Assembly: GCA_002347935.1 (NCBI GenBank)
Contig: DDYK01000050.1
Span: 1 to 33,446, forward strand
Source: Actinobacteria bacterium UBA2236
GTDB taxonomy: Bacteria; Actinomycetota; Actinomycetes; Nanopelagicales; Nanopelagicaceae
Direction of reading: 5' to 3'
DNA: 33,446 bases
Of the stretch, positions 16,426 through 26,998 are shown piece after piece; position 1 is the first letter of the stretch; each line of letters opens with the position of its first letter. The notes beneath the pieces were generated by a model. The model saw only the letters and a list, made by a program, of their open reading frames with translations, made no database searches and was not told where the DNA came from. The translations under genes and the position numbers were made by a program.

Positions 16426-19400
16426 ATGCCTACTTTAGATAATAACTTTGTCACTGCAATTATCGTCTCTCACAATGGAGCCCTCTGGTTACCTGAAGTT
16501 GTGGCATCTCTTGCCAAGCAGAGACGGGCAATCGATCAGATAATTGCTATTGATACTGGCTCTGAAGATAGTTCAGTTAAATTATTAAAAGGGGCTGGGA
16601 TTGTCACTATCTCCACGGCAAAAGAGACCGGCTTTGGCGCTGCAATTAAAGAAGCACTGAGCAATTCAAGAGTTAAGCGCGGCATTGAGTCACAAACTGA
16701 ATGGCTCTGGCTAATTCATGATGATTGCGCTCCTGATGCAAATGCACTCAAAGAGCTTTTAATAGCTCTTGATCAGCGACCAGCTGTTGCAATGGCTGGG
16801 CCCAAATTACGTGGCTGGCACGATCGAAACCACTTATTGGAGCTAGGAATAAGTATCGCCTCAAATGGCGCTCGCTGGACGGGTCTGGAATATCGCGAGT
16901 CCGATCAAGGTCAACATGATGGAGTGAGCGAAGTCTTAGCCGTTAGTACTGCAGGTGCTTTAATTCGCCGCGATGTCTTTGAAGAGTTAGATGGTTTTGA
17001 TCCCGAACTTTCTTTATTTCGAGACGATGTTGACTTTGGATGGCGCGTGCACACTGCTGGACACTCGGTAATAGCAGTTCCAAAAGCTATTGCTTATCAC
17101 GCTGAAGCCGCCTCTAATGAAAGAAGGCGTATTGATGTCTCAGATGCCTTCCTTCATCGCCCACTGCTTCTAGATCGAAGGCATGCCGCCTATGTTTTGA
17201 TGGCCAATACATCATGGTGGCTCCTGCCATTGATTGCGATCCAACTTCTTTCAGCATCGTTATTTCGCGCAATTGGTTATCTACTAGCAAAACTTCCAGG
17301 ATATGCCTTAGATGAGATCGCAGCAGTTGCGCTGGTAATTCTGCAGCCACAGGACATATTTAGAGCGAGAGCAAAGCGAAGAAAGAATCGCTTGGTTTCA
17401 TCAAGAGTCATCTCTCGCTTTGTTCCACCTCGTGGATCGCAGCTGCAATTAGCAATTGAGCGATCTGGCGCTGCTATTTCTCGAAGTTGGCGCCGCTCAT
17501 CGATTTATGAAGAAAATGTCATCAGTAACTCTGCTCTAGATCTAAATGATGAAGCGCTCGAAAATGCAGACATTGATTTGGTTCAAGCTCCATCTCCCAT
17601 TAGATGGCTGACTCGACGGCCAATACTTAGCGTCTCTTTGCTTGTTATTTTGATGACCTTAATTGCCTCCCGAAATCGTTTTGGAGCAATAGTTGGTGGC
17701 GCTTTAGCGGCAACTCCTACAAAAGCATTTGAATTATTTTCCATGTATTCCGATTCTTGGCATACCGTTGGGCTGGGCTCAAGTACTAGCGCCCCGCCTT
17801 GGGTGGCCTACATCGGATTTGGTTCCTTACTAACTGGCGCAAACTCCTCGCTATTTATTACCGCATTATTTCTTGGCGCAGTTCCACTAGCCCTCTTGGG
17901 CTCATATCTTTTGGCAAGGAAATTTACCAATCTCCATTTTCTTGCACTCATGGCCGCTCTGCTCTATACCTTTTCACCAACCACGCTAAGTGCCATAAAT
18001 AGCGGAAGAGTTGGAACCTTAGTCTTAGTAGTAATCGGGCCGTGGTTGATTAGATCGCTCTTTGGTCTAGAGCAGCTGGAAAATCTCTCCTGGCGAAAGA
18101 CATTCTGGATTGCGCTGTTATTGACTTTTGTCTGCGCCTTCTCACCCATGACTTTTATGTCTATCCTGCTCTGGCAGGTTATCTTGGTAATCTTTGATGT
18201 AGTTGCTTTTAATTCGAAGAATAATTCGATGGATAAGTCAGTCTTTGATGGAAGAAATACCCGTCGAATTGCCGTGACCATTACTCCCTTGATTGTTAAT
18301 GCTCCTTGGTCAATTGAATTCATTCTTCATCCATCAAGAATCCTGCTTGATCCAGGTTTAAGCCTGGCTGGTGGAGAAGTTCTTTCGTTACTTCTCGGAA
18401 ATCCGGGCGGAGTTGGGGCGCCGCCGATTTGGATAATTTCACCCATACTTCTTATCGCTGTGATTGCTATTTTCGTCAGTAAGACAGCGCGCTTGGGCGA
18501 GGTGGCGCTATTTTTCATAGCAATTGCGGCGCTACTTGGCTCAAGGCAGGTTTCAGGACATGGCAGTTTTACTCCAGAGCAACTCTGGGTGGGTTCTCTT
18601 CTAGTAATCCCAACCTTAACTGCTCTACTTGCCGCAGTAATCATGATTGATAGCTATCTACCCAGCCTTATCCAATCTCATATTAATTTTCGCCATATTC
18701 TTCTTGGTTTTACCGCTTTGATTTCAGCGCTCTCTATTCTCGCTTCGGCTACTTGGTGGCTGGGCTCTGCCAAGAGCGCGCCAGTGCAAGCAAATTCAAA
18801 ATCCGCCCTTCCAGCTTTTCTCAGCGCCAGCGCACAAACCGAAGGACGTTATAAAACTTTGGTCTTAAGAGCAGAGTCGGCAAAGGTGAAATACTTCATC
18901 GCTCGAGATAAAGACCTGCAACTAGGACAAGCTGATGTCATTACAGGACTTGCTCCAGTAGTTACTAAGGCAATAAATGATCTAATCGCTGGATCTGGAG
19001 TTAGTAGCAGTAAAGTCTTTGCTGAATTTGGAATTCGATATCTCTTCTTAGCAAATCCGATTGATGATGAGCTGGTGCGAACTATTGACGGCGCAGGAGG
19101 ATTTACCAGGGCTGCCTCTACTGATGAGGGAATAACTTGGAAAGTTCCTGGAGCACTTGGGCATATTTCATTTCTGTCTCAAGATGGTACTTACTCTGTT
19201 CTGCCAAGCGGTGAAATTGGTGCCGCAGGAAGACTTACATCTGCTGGCGTGATAATAATTACCGAAAAGTATGACAAGCGTTGGAGGATGCTCCTAAATG
19301 GTACTTATCTTCCGTTGACCCAAACTGAAAATGGAGTACCAAGGTTTTATGTTTCAGAACCTGGAGATTTCCTAATCTTCCATGATGCCACTTCAAGGAG

Positions 19401-19503
19401 AGCCTGGGTTTCACTCCAATTATTGACCTTTCTAACCTTGATTATTCTTGCCCTTCCTGCTCGTCGCAGAAGAAGCCAGATGAGTGAGCAGGAATTAGCA
19501 TGA
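16426..19503 (+). CDS. family-2 glycosyltransferase fused to a very large polytopic membrane and extracytoplasmic region (1025 aa)
   Basis: The N-terminal GT-A domain has IIVSHNG, DTGSED, LIHDDC (DXD) and FRDDVDFGWR. It is followed by a dozen or more hydrophobic segments and a terminal anchor ending in RRRR. AAGGGG RBS sits before the ATG. Confidence 0.85.
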   Translation: MPTLDNNFVTAIIVSHNGALWLPEVVASLAKQRRAIDQIIAIDTGSEDSSVKLLKGAGIVTISTAKETGFGAAIKEALSNSRVKRGIESQTEWLWLIHDDCAPDANALKELLIALDQRPAVAMAGPKLRGWHDRNHLLELGISIASNGARWTGLEYRESDQGQHDGVSEVLAVSTAGALIRRDVFEELDGFDPELSLFRDDVDFGWRVHTAGHSVIAVPKAIAYHAEAASNERRRIDVSDAFLHRPLLLDRRHAAYVLMANTSWWLLPLIAIQLLSASLFRAIGYLLAKLPGYALDEIAAVALVILQPQDIFRARAKRRKNRLVSSRVISRFVPPRGSQLQLAIERSGAAISRSWRRSSIYEENVISNSALDLNDEALENADIDLVQAPSPIRWLTRRPILSVSLLVILMTLIASRNRFGAIVGGALAATPTKAFELFSMYSDSWHTVGLGSSTSAPPWVAYIGFGSLLTGANSSLFITALFLGAVPLALLGSYLLARKFTNLHFLALMAALLYTFSPTTLSAINSGRVGTLVLVVIGPWLIRSLFGLEQLENLSWRKTFWIALLLTFVCAFSPMTFMSILLWQVILVIFDVVAFNSKNNSMDKSVFDGRNTRRIAVTITPLIVNAPWSIEFILHPSRILLDPGLSLAGGEVLSLLLGNPGGVGAPPIWIISPILLIAVIAIFVSKTARLGEVALFFIAIAALLGSRQVSGHGSFTPEQLWVGSLLVIPTLTALLAAVIMIDSYLPSLIQSHINFRHILLGFTALISALSILASATWWLGSAKSAPVQANSKSALPAFLSASAQTEGRYKTLVLRAESAKVKYFIARDKDLQLGQADVITGLAPVVTKAINDLIAGSGVSSSKVFAEFGIRYLFLANPIDDELVRTIDGAGGFTRAASTDEGITWKVPGALGHISFLSQDGTYSVLPSGEIGAAGRLTSAGVIIITEKYDKRWRMLLNGTYLPLTQTENGVPRFYVSEPGDFLIFHDATSRRAWVSLQLLTFLTLIILALPARRRRSQMSEQELA

Positions 19504-20807
19504 AAGAGACGCGGGCCAGCTTTGCACTTTTGTTTTTTATTATTGTGGCTCATATTGCGCACCTGCTTCCACAGATCTCGTCAAATTCTGTTATTACTCA
19601 GTCATATCCGGCAACGGCATGCCCTGCTGGGGTATCTGGAGCCAAAGCAACTGCCTTACTTGCCTCAAGAAATATTGAGATAAGAAATATTAATCAACCT
19701 AATGTGGAGCTAACGAAAAATGGTTCTGGAAGCTATCCACTCAATCGCGGCGCTATTTTGGTTGCTGGAAATCCCGCGAATACCAATGTAATTGTTACTA
19801 GATCAGGCAAGTGGAGTAGCGCTGCTACCTGCACTATTAGTCCTTCGATCAATTGGTTTGTTGGTGGAACAGCTAACGTCACTAGTCAATCAAAGCTAAT
19901 TATGATTAATAGCGGTTTAAGTGATGCACTAATTGACTTAACTGCATTTTCTGAAAGTGGTGCTAGTCAGAGCCTTGCGGTAACAGTCAAAGCTTCATCT
20001 GAGAAAGTAGTTCGTATTGACTCGTTATCGCCGGGCTCTGAGTTAATAGTTCTTAAGGTTGAAACTCGAAGTGGTCGAATAACTTCATATCTCTTAGATG
20101 AGCGAGTGCGCGGCTTGAGTAATATTGGTGGAGACTTTGTTCCAGCAATATCTGAGGCGAGCAAAGAATTAGTAATTGCAGGTCTTGCCGTCAAGCTGGG
20201 CTCTGGTAGCTCAATTAAACACACTTTAAGGCTTATGAGTATTGGAGAAGTTGATGCTAGCGCTAGCGTTGAGATCATCTCACCCGATGGTGTCTATGTT
20301 CCCTTTGGAATAGGGGAGATCTCTTTAAATGCCCAAGAAGTTAAAGATATAGATTTAAGCAGTGTTGATTTTGGCAACAAAGCATTTGCTCTAAAAATAA
20401 CCTCTAACGAAGAGGTGGTTGCATCAGTGCTATCAGAAGTCAAGAGCGGTTCAGTTTCAGACTTTACATGGAGCGCTCCAAGTCAAGGATTTAATACTGT
20501 GGCATTTAATATCTATGGACTTGAACCTGTGATCAGCTTTGTTGGGGAGAGAGTAATCCTGTCCATAGTTTGGAGAGATAGACAGGGCAAGAGCAATAGT
20601 GAATTGATTCGAGGTGATGAGATAGTTAATTGGAGGGTTCCAGCCAATACCAGGCTAATAACTATCACTAGCGCAAACCCGGTAGTTGCAGCAATGAGCT
20701 GGCTCTCCGGTGATGGAGTTGCCCGCCTTGGCATAGCTCCGAGTACAAACCTAGAAAGTGCTACAAAGCCAATTGCAGATATTGCAGTTATCCAGCCTCG
20801 CGGCTAG
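19500..20807 (+). CDS. signal-anchored beta-rich secreted/membrane protein (DUF5719-like)
   Basis: N-terminal hydrophobic anchor FALLFFIIVAHIAHLL. The remainder is Ser/Thr/Val/Ile-rich. ATGA overlap with the GT2 gene. The family call is from memory of the conserved GT2-DUF5719 pairing. Confidence 0.7.
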   Translation: MKETRASFALLFFIIVAHIAHLLPQISSNSVITQSYPATACPAGVSGAKATALLASRNIEIRNINQPNVELTKNGSGSYPLNRGAILVAGNPANTNVIVTRSGKWSSAATCTISPSINWFVGGTANVTSQSKLIMINSGLSDALIDLTAFSESGASQSLAVTVKASSEKVVRIDSLSPGSELIVLKVETRSGRITSYLLDERVRGLSNIGGDFVPAISEASKELVIAGLAVKLGSGSSIKHTLRLMSIGEVDASASVEIISPDGVYVPFGIGEISLNAQEVKDIDLSSVDFGNKAFALKITSNEEVVASVLSEVKSGSVSDFTWSAPSQGFNTVAFNIYGLEPVISFVGERVILSIVWRDRQGKSNSELIRGDEIVNWRVPANTRLITITSANPVVAAMSWLSGDGVARLGIAPSTNLESATKPIADIAVIQPRG

Positions 20808-20849
20808 TAAATCCCATAAAACAGAGAGGTTAGAGACTAATCTCGCGCC

Positions 20850-21236
20850 ATGTCATCTTCCAATTACTCAAGTCCAAACTCTCGCCCTAGCACTGTTGGA
20901 AGACGTTGCACACGCTCTGGATGTAGTTCTCATGCAATTAAGACTCTTACCTATATTTACTCCGACTCCACAGCGCTTATCGGACCACTTTCAACATATG
21001 TTGAACCACATGCCTACGATCTCTGCGATGAGCATTCAGCAAAATTAACGGTGCCCCAAGGCTGGAGTGTTATTGAGCATAATCCTGATAGAGAAATTGT
21101 TGAACCATCTCCTGAAGATTTAATTGCTATTGCTGAAGCGATTCGCCAGAGTTTTGCCGAAGATATAGCTCCAAAGGCAGTAACTCCTGAAGTTGGTCGT
21201 CGTGGCCACCTTCGAGCAATTCCAGATAATAAGTAA
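20850..21236 (+). CDS. DUF3499-family small Cys/His protein
   Basis: RRCTRSGCSSHA...TLTYIY...GPL...HAYDLCDEHSAKLTVPQGWSVIE fits the DUF3499 pattern found beside phosphomannomutase in Actinobacteria. Confidence 0.75.
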   Translation: MSSSNYSSPNSRPSTVGRRCTRSGCSSHAIKTLTYIYSDSTALIGPLSTYVEPHAYDLCDEHSAKLTVPQGWSVIEHNPDREIVEPSPEDLIAIAEAIRQSFAEDIAPKAVTPEVGRRGHLRAIPDNK

Positions 21237-21254
21237 TGAGGCTAAGGTTTAACG

Positions 21255-22643
21255 GTGGATCAAGAGCTTCTCAATAAAGTAATTAAGGCCTATGACATTC
21301 GCGGCTTAGTTGATGAAGAGATTAGCGTTGACTTCACTTTTGCGCTTGGAATTGCCTTTGCTAAATTCATTGAGCGTGAACGCGAGCCAGCAACGATAGT
21401 TGTGGGTGAAGATATGCGCCCTTCATCTCCTGAATTAGCAGGCGCATTTTCAGATGGCATAACTTCACAGGGACTTGATGTAATTCGTATTGGACTCTGC
21501 TCAACTGATCAACTTTATTTTGCATCAGGAGCGCTTAATATGCCTGGAGCAATGTTTACTGCTAGCCATAATCCAGCGCAATACAATGGAATAAAGCTGT
21601 GTAAGAGTGGAGCAAAACCAATTGGCCAAGAATCGGGGCTTGCTTGGATTAAGGCGGCAATCGCTCAAGGTTTTCCGATCCCAAATCGCCCAATGGGAAA
21701 AGAGCGAAGCCAGGATTTACTAGCAGATTACGTTAAATTCCTATTCTCGCTCTTTCCCGAGAAATCTTTTGCTCCAGATTTTCAATCAAGGCCGCTTCGC
21801 ATCGCAATTGATGCGGGAAATGGGATGGGAGGGCATACCGCTCCTGCAGTAATGCGAGAGATCAATGCCGTAGTTGATGGAATCTATTTTGAATTGGATG
21901 GAAGCTTTCCAAATCATGAGGCAAATCCGATAGATCCTAAAAATTTAGTTGATCTACAAAATCTAGTTAAGGAGAAAGGCTCAGATATAGGTTTGGCATT
22001 TGATGGTGATGCAGATCGTTGCTTCCTTGTGGATGAAAAGGGAGAGCTAGTCTCACCATCTGCGCTAACTGCTCTAATCGCAAAACGAGAACTCATTAGA
22101 AATCCTGGCGCAGCAATTATCTATAACTTGATTTCCTCCAAAGCTGTTGCAGAGGTAATTTCTGAATCAGGCGGCAAAGCGCTTCGCTCCAGAGTAGGTC
22201 ACTCCTATATAAAACAGATGATGGCAGATCAGAGCGCGGTATTTGGGGGAGAGCATTCAGGACATTTCTATTTTAAGGACTTCTGGTATGCAGATTCTGG
22301 AATGCTTGCAGCGCTTCATGTAATAGCAGCCCTTCTTGAAAGTCAGATGAAGTTATCTGAGCTAATGAAGAGCTTTAATCGATATAGCCTAAGTGGTGAG
22401 ATCAATACAACAGTTGTTGATCAAGGCAAAGCGATAGAGAAGATCAAGTCCTACTTTAGAGATTATGAGCCAGGCTTAACTTTTGATGAGCTTGATGGCC
22501 TTACCGTTAACGCAAAGAGTTGGTGGTTTAACCTAAGGTCTTCTAATACTGAACCGCTATTAAGGCTAAATGTTGAGGCAGATACCCAAGAGCAGATGGC
22601 TTCTATGCGAGATCTGGTCTTGCAGTTAATAAGAAACGGGTAA
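21255..22643 (+). CDS. phosphomannomutase/phosphoglucomutase (alpha-D-phosphohexomutase)
   Basis: Active-site serine loop TASHNPAQYNGIK, metal loop FDGDADR, sugar loop GGEHSGH. Confidence 0.9.
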   Translation: MDQELLNKVIKAYDIRGLVDEEISVDFTFALGIAFAKFIEREREPATIVVGEDMRPSSPELAGAFSDGITSQGLDVIRIGLCSTDQLYFASGALNMPGAMFTASHNPAQYNGIKLCKSGAKPIGQESGLAWIKAAIAQGFPIPNRPMGKERSQDLLADYVKFLFSLFPEKSFAPDFQSRPLRIAIDAGNGMGGHTAPAVMREINAVVDGIYFELDGSFPNHEANPIDPKNLVDLQNLVKEKGSDIGLAFDGDADRCFLVDEKGELVSPSALTALIAKRELIRNPGAAIIYNLISSKAVAEVISESGGKALRSRVGHSYIKQMMADQSAVFGGEHSGHFYFKDFWYADSGMLAALHVIAALLESQMKLSELMKSFNRYSLSGEINTTVVDQGKAIEKIKSYFRDYEPGLTFDELDGLTVNAKSWWFNLRSSNTEPLLRLNVEADTQEQMASMRDLVLQLIRNG

Positions 22644-22690
22644 ACTACCGCTTCTAATCAGAGGCAAGCACTAAACCCATCAGGAGATAA

Positions 22691-23976
<1,286 letters not shown>

Positions 23977-23977
<1 letters not shown>

Positions 23978-24666
23978 TGACTTCGGTAATGGTCGTTGAT
24001 GACGATCAAGACCTTGCCGAAATGTTAGGAATTGTTCTAAATGGCGTGGGTATTGAAGTCGACCTAGTTAGTAGGGGCGATGAAGTCCTTGAGGTGTTTA
24101 GAAACAATCCACCAGATCTCGTCTTACTCGACATCATGCTTCCGGGTCTTGATGGAATTGAAGTTTGCAAAGAGATTCGAAAACACTCGATGCGTGTACC
24201 AATTGTGATGCTCACTGCAAAGAGTGATACTCATGACATTGTTAGAGGACTTGAAGCGGGCGCCGATGACTACATGGTGAAGCCATTTAAGCCATCAGAG
24301 TTGGTGGCGCGAATTAGAACCAGGTTGCGCAGAGTGGGCGGGGAAATATCTAGCACCTTAACTATTGGTGATTTAGCTATTGATATTGTGGAGCACACAG
24401 TAACGCGGGCAGGAAAAGAGATTCCCTTAACGCGTCTTGAATTTGATCTATTAGTATCCCTAGCTAAAGAACCAGGCAGAGTATTTACTAGGGAAGCTCT
24501 CTTAGGTGAAGTATGGGGATATCGCCACTCAACTGACACTCGCTTAGTTAATGTTCATATTCAGAGGCTGCGTGCGAAAATAGAACATGATCCCGAAAAT
24601 CCAACAATAATCGGCACGGTTCGCGGCATTGGTTATAAGGCAGGCGCACTAGGTAATAGAAGTTAG
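23977..24666 (+). CDS. mtrA: OmpR-family response regulator MtrA
   Basis: Receiver domain (VMVVDDD, LVLLDIMLPGLDG, MLTAK) plus a winged-helix domain (LTRLEFDLL, VRGIGYK). It lies immediately upstream of an MtrB-like kinase and downstream of ahcY. Confidence 0.9.
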
Positions 24667-24678
24667 AGATTTTACAAA

Positions 24679-26232
24679 GTGAAGATAAGCCAATACTTTC
24701 GTACCTCTTTATTTAGAAAAGTTTTCTCAGTCTCAAGCATTATCTCTATTGCCGTAATCTATTTTCTTGGCTCGAATCTCTATAACCGCATCTCTGATGG
24801 GATTATCGAAGAGAAGATATCGGCGGCAATATCTGAAGGTGAAGCTGCCATTCAATATGCTGATTATCGTTTCCTGATTGCTAGCCTAAATAGGAATTCC
24901 GACTATAAAACGATTGTCGATGAAATTGTGAAATCAACTAGCGTGAGTGCGAAATCCTCAGGCCGAGAGATTGCGCTACTAAGTAGTACGGGCAAAAGAA
25001 TTGCTGGAATTCCCTCCCGATCTACTTCGAATTTTTTGGAACCAGCTTCAATTCCAAGCGAACTAAGACAACTTGTGACTCAAGATGATGAAATTCATTG
25101 GCAGCGCACCAACTTACAATATTTCAACGGAGAAAGTGTTCCAGGAGTTGCTGTTGGGCATCGTATAGATATCAAATCTGTTGGTAAGTATGAAATGTAT
25201 GTGCTCTTTGACTTTGCATCACAGCAGCAAACTATTGATCTAATTGGTCGATCTATGTGGGGCACAGGACTTATTTTGATGGCCCTGATTATGATTATTG
25301 CCTCAGTAGTTCTCAGACAAGTTATCAAGCCAGTTCGGTATGCCGCTGAAGTAGCTGAGCAATTGTCATCTGGCGACCTTTTAAAGAGAATGAAAGTTAA
25401 GGGAAGTGATGAAGTTGCCAGACTTGGCACGGCCTTCAATGAGATGGCAGATACTCTTGCCAAGCAGATTACTCGTCTCGAGAACCTTTCTAAGCTTCAG
25501 CAAAGATTTGTCTCTGATGTTTCTCATGAGCTTCGAACACCACTAACAACTATCCGAATGGCATCTGATTTAATCTATGCGGCTAGAGAGCGATTTGATC
25601 CAACAATTGCAAGAAGTGCTGAACTGCTCCTCTCGCAAATTGATCGCTTCGAAGAGTTATTAACCGACCTATTGGAAGTCAGTCGCTTTGATGCTCAAGT
25701 GGCCACACTCTCTCTGTCAAGAATTGATTTGGTTAAGCTGGTTAATCGCTGCGTAGAAGATCTAGCGATGGATGCTAAGCAAAGGGAAGTGCAAATTCGA
25801 ATCGATGCTCCCAATGAGGAGCTCTTTATTGATGGTGATTCGCGCCGCATTGAGCGGATTATGCGAAATTTATTGGGAAATGCCATTGATCATGCGGAAG
25901 GCAAACCTGTGGACTTAACCATTAAAGCTGGTCAGAGCGCAGTTTCAATTTCTGTTAAAGATTATGGAGTTGGCATCGCTACCAATCATCTTGAGCGAGT
26001 CTTTGATCGTTTCTGGCGAGCAGATCCTTCGAGATCTCGAATTAGAGGTGGGACTGGCCTTGGTCTATCTATTGCAAGAGAGGATGCAAATCTTCACGGC
26101 GGGGATATCAAGCTCTGGTCTGAGCTTGGGGCTGGCGCGCAATTTGTTTTAACCCTTCCTTTAACTCAAGATCAACTAATTACCGAAGTTCCTATAGGCG
26201 AGTTACCCACATCTGGAAGTCTTAAATCTTAA
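24679..26232 (+). CDS. mtrB: sensor histidine kinase MtrB
   Basis: Two TM helices flank a periplasmic-type domain of about 170 aa. HAMP domain, H-box FVSDVSHELRTPLT, N box NLLGNAIDH, G boxes DYGVGI and GGTGLGLSI. Confidence 0.85.
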   Translation: MKISQYFRTSLFRKVFSVSSIISIAVIYFLGSNLYNRISDGIIEEKISAAISEGEAAIQYADYRFLIASLNRNSDYKTIVDEIVKSTSVSAKSSGREIALLSSTGKRIAGIPSRSTSNFLEPASIPSELRQLVTQDDEIHWQRTNLQYFNGESVPGVAVGHRIDIKSVGKYEMYVLFDFASQQQTIDLIGRSMWGTGLILMALIMIIASVVLRQVIKPVRYAAEVAEQLSSGDLLKRMKVKGSDEVARLGTAFNEMADTLAKQITRLENLSKLQQRFVSDVSHELRTPLTTIRMASDLIYAARERFDPTIARSAELLLSQIDRFEELLTDLLEVSRFDAQVATLSLSRIDLVKLVNRCVEDLAMDAKQREVQIRIDAPNEELFIDGDSRRIERIMRNLLGNAIDHAEGKPVDLTIKAGQSAVSISVKDYGVGIATNHLERVFDRFWRADPSRSRIRGGTGLGLSIAREDANLHGGDIKLWSELGAGAQFVLTLPLTQDQLITEVPIGELPTSGSLKS

Positions 26233-26262
26233 TCTTTTACAAACTTTGAAAATAATGGCTTA

Positions 26263-26967
26263 GTGAAGTTTGTTGATGATAGAAAAGAAGGAATATTCTC
26301 AGCTCTAACCTCACTTGTTTTTCCAAAGATATGCATTTACTGTCAAAGTGAGTTTGCACCTCTCTGTTTAGCTTGTCAGCAGCTTTGGCTGGCTCCGGTG
26401 CAGAGGCGATATGTCAAAGGCTTAGCAGTTAATTCAACTCTTGCATATAACGCTGCAATCTCTAGAGTAGTGATTCAAGCCAAAGAGAATAGAAATCGAG
26501 TAGCACAATATTGGATGGCATCAGCGCTAAGTTCTGCTTTAGAAAAATTTGAATCTGATAATAGAGCTTTAAGTATTTCTCGTTGCCTTCTTGTTCCTAT
26601 CCCCTCAAGTAGATCTGCAATAAGGAAGAGAGGCGGATCTTTTCTTCATCCAATCCTTGATAAGTTAGTAGAGTTGCAGGTGGAGAAGAACGGAGTGCGG
26701 TGGCGCTGGAAGGAGTTACTAATCCATCGAAAGATCGTAAGAGATCAGAGCGAACTTTCCTATACACAGCGCCAGAGCAATTTGGCAGAAGCCTTTATGC
26801 TTAGAAGCGATGATTTAATTGAGGCAAGACCAATCTTGCTTATAGATGATGTATTGACCACGGGGGCTACGTTAGATAGCGCTTTTAGGGCTTTAAGGGA
26901 GAGAAATCTGACAGTTTTGGGCGCTGCAACGGTATGTGCATCAGCCCACCGCCTACTAATACGATAG
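26263..26967 (+). CDS. ComF-family protein (phosphoribosyltransferase fold)
   Basis: N-terminal Cys cluster CIYCQSEFAPLCLACQ. PRTase motif ILLIDDVLTTGATL. It occupies the position upstream of secA seen in other Actinobacteria. Confidence 0.8.
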   Translation: MKFVDDRKEGIFSALTSLVFPKICIYCQSEFAPLCLACQQLWLAPVQRRYVKGLAVNSTLAYNAAISRVVIQAKENRNRVAQYWMASALSSALEKFESDNRALSISRCLLVPIPSSRSAIRKRGGSFLHPILDKLVELQVEKNGVRWRWKELLIHRKIVRDQSELSYTQRQSNLAEAFMLRSDDLIEARPILLIDDVLTTGATLDSAFRALRERNLTVLGAATVCASAHRLLIR

Positions 26968-26998
26968 AGCCCTAGTAGATCTAGTGGAGGGTTGATCC

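Noticed and set aside
20758-21048. A 96-aa ORF bridging the DUF5719 and DUF3499 genes.
   Set aside because: It is out of frame with, and largely inside, the DUF3499 gene, which has a clear family signature. Its own translation has no motifs.
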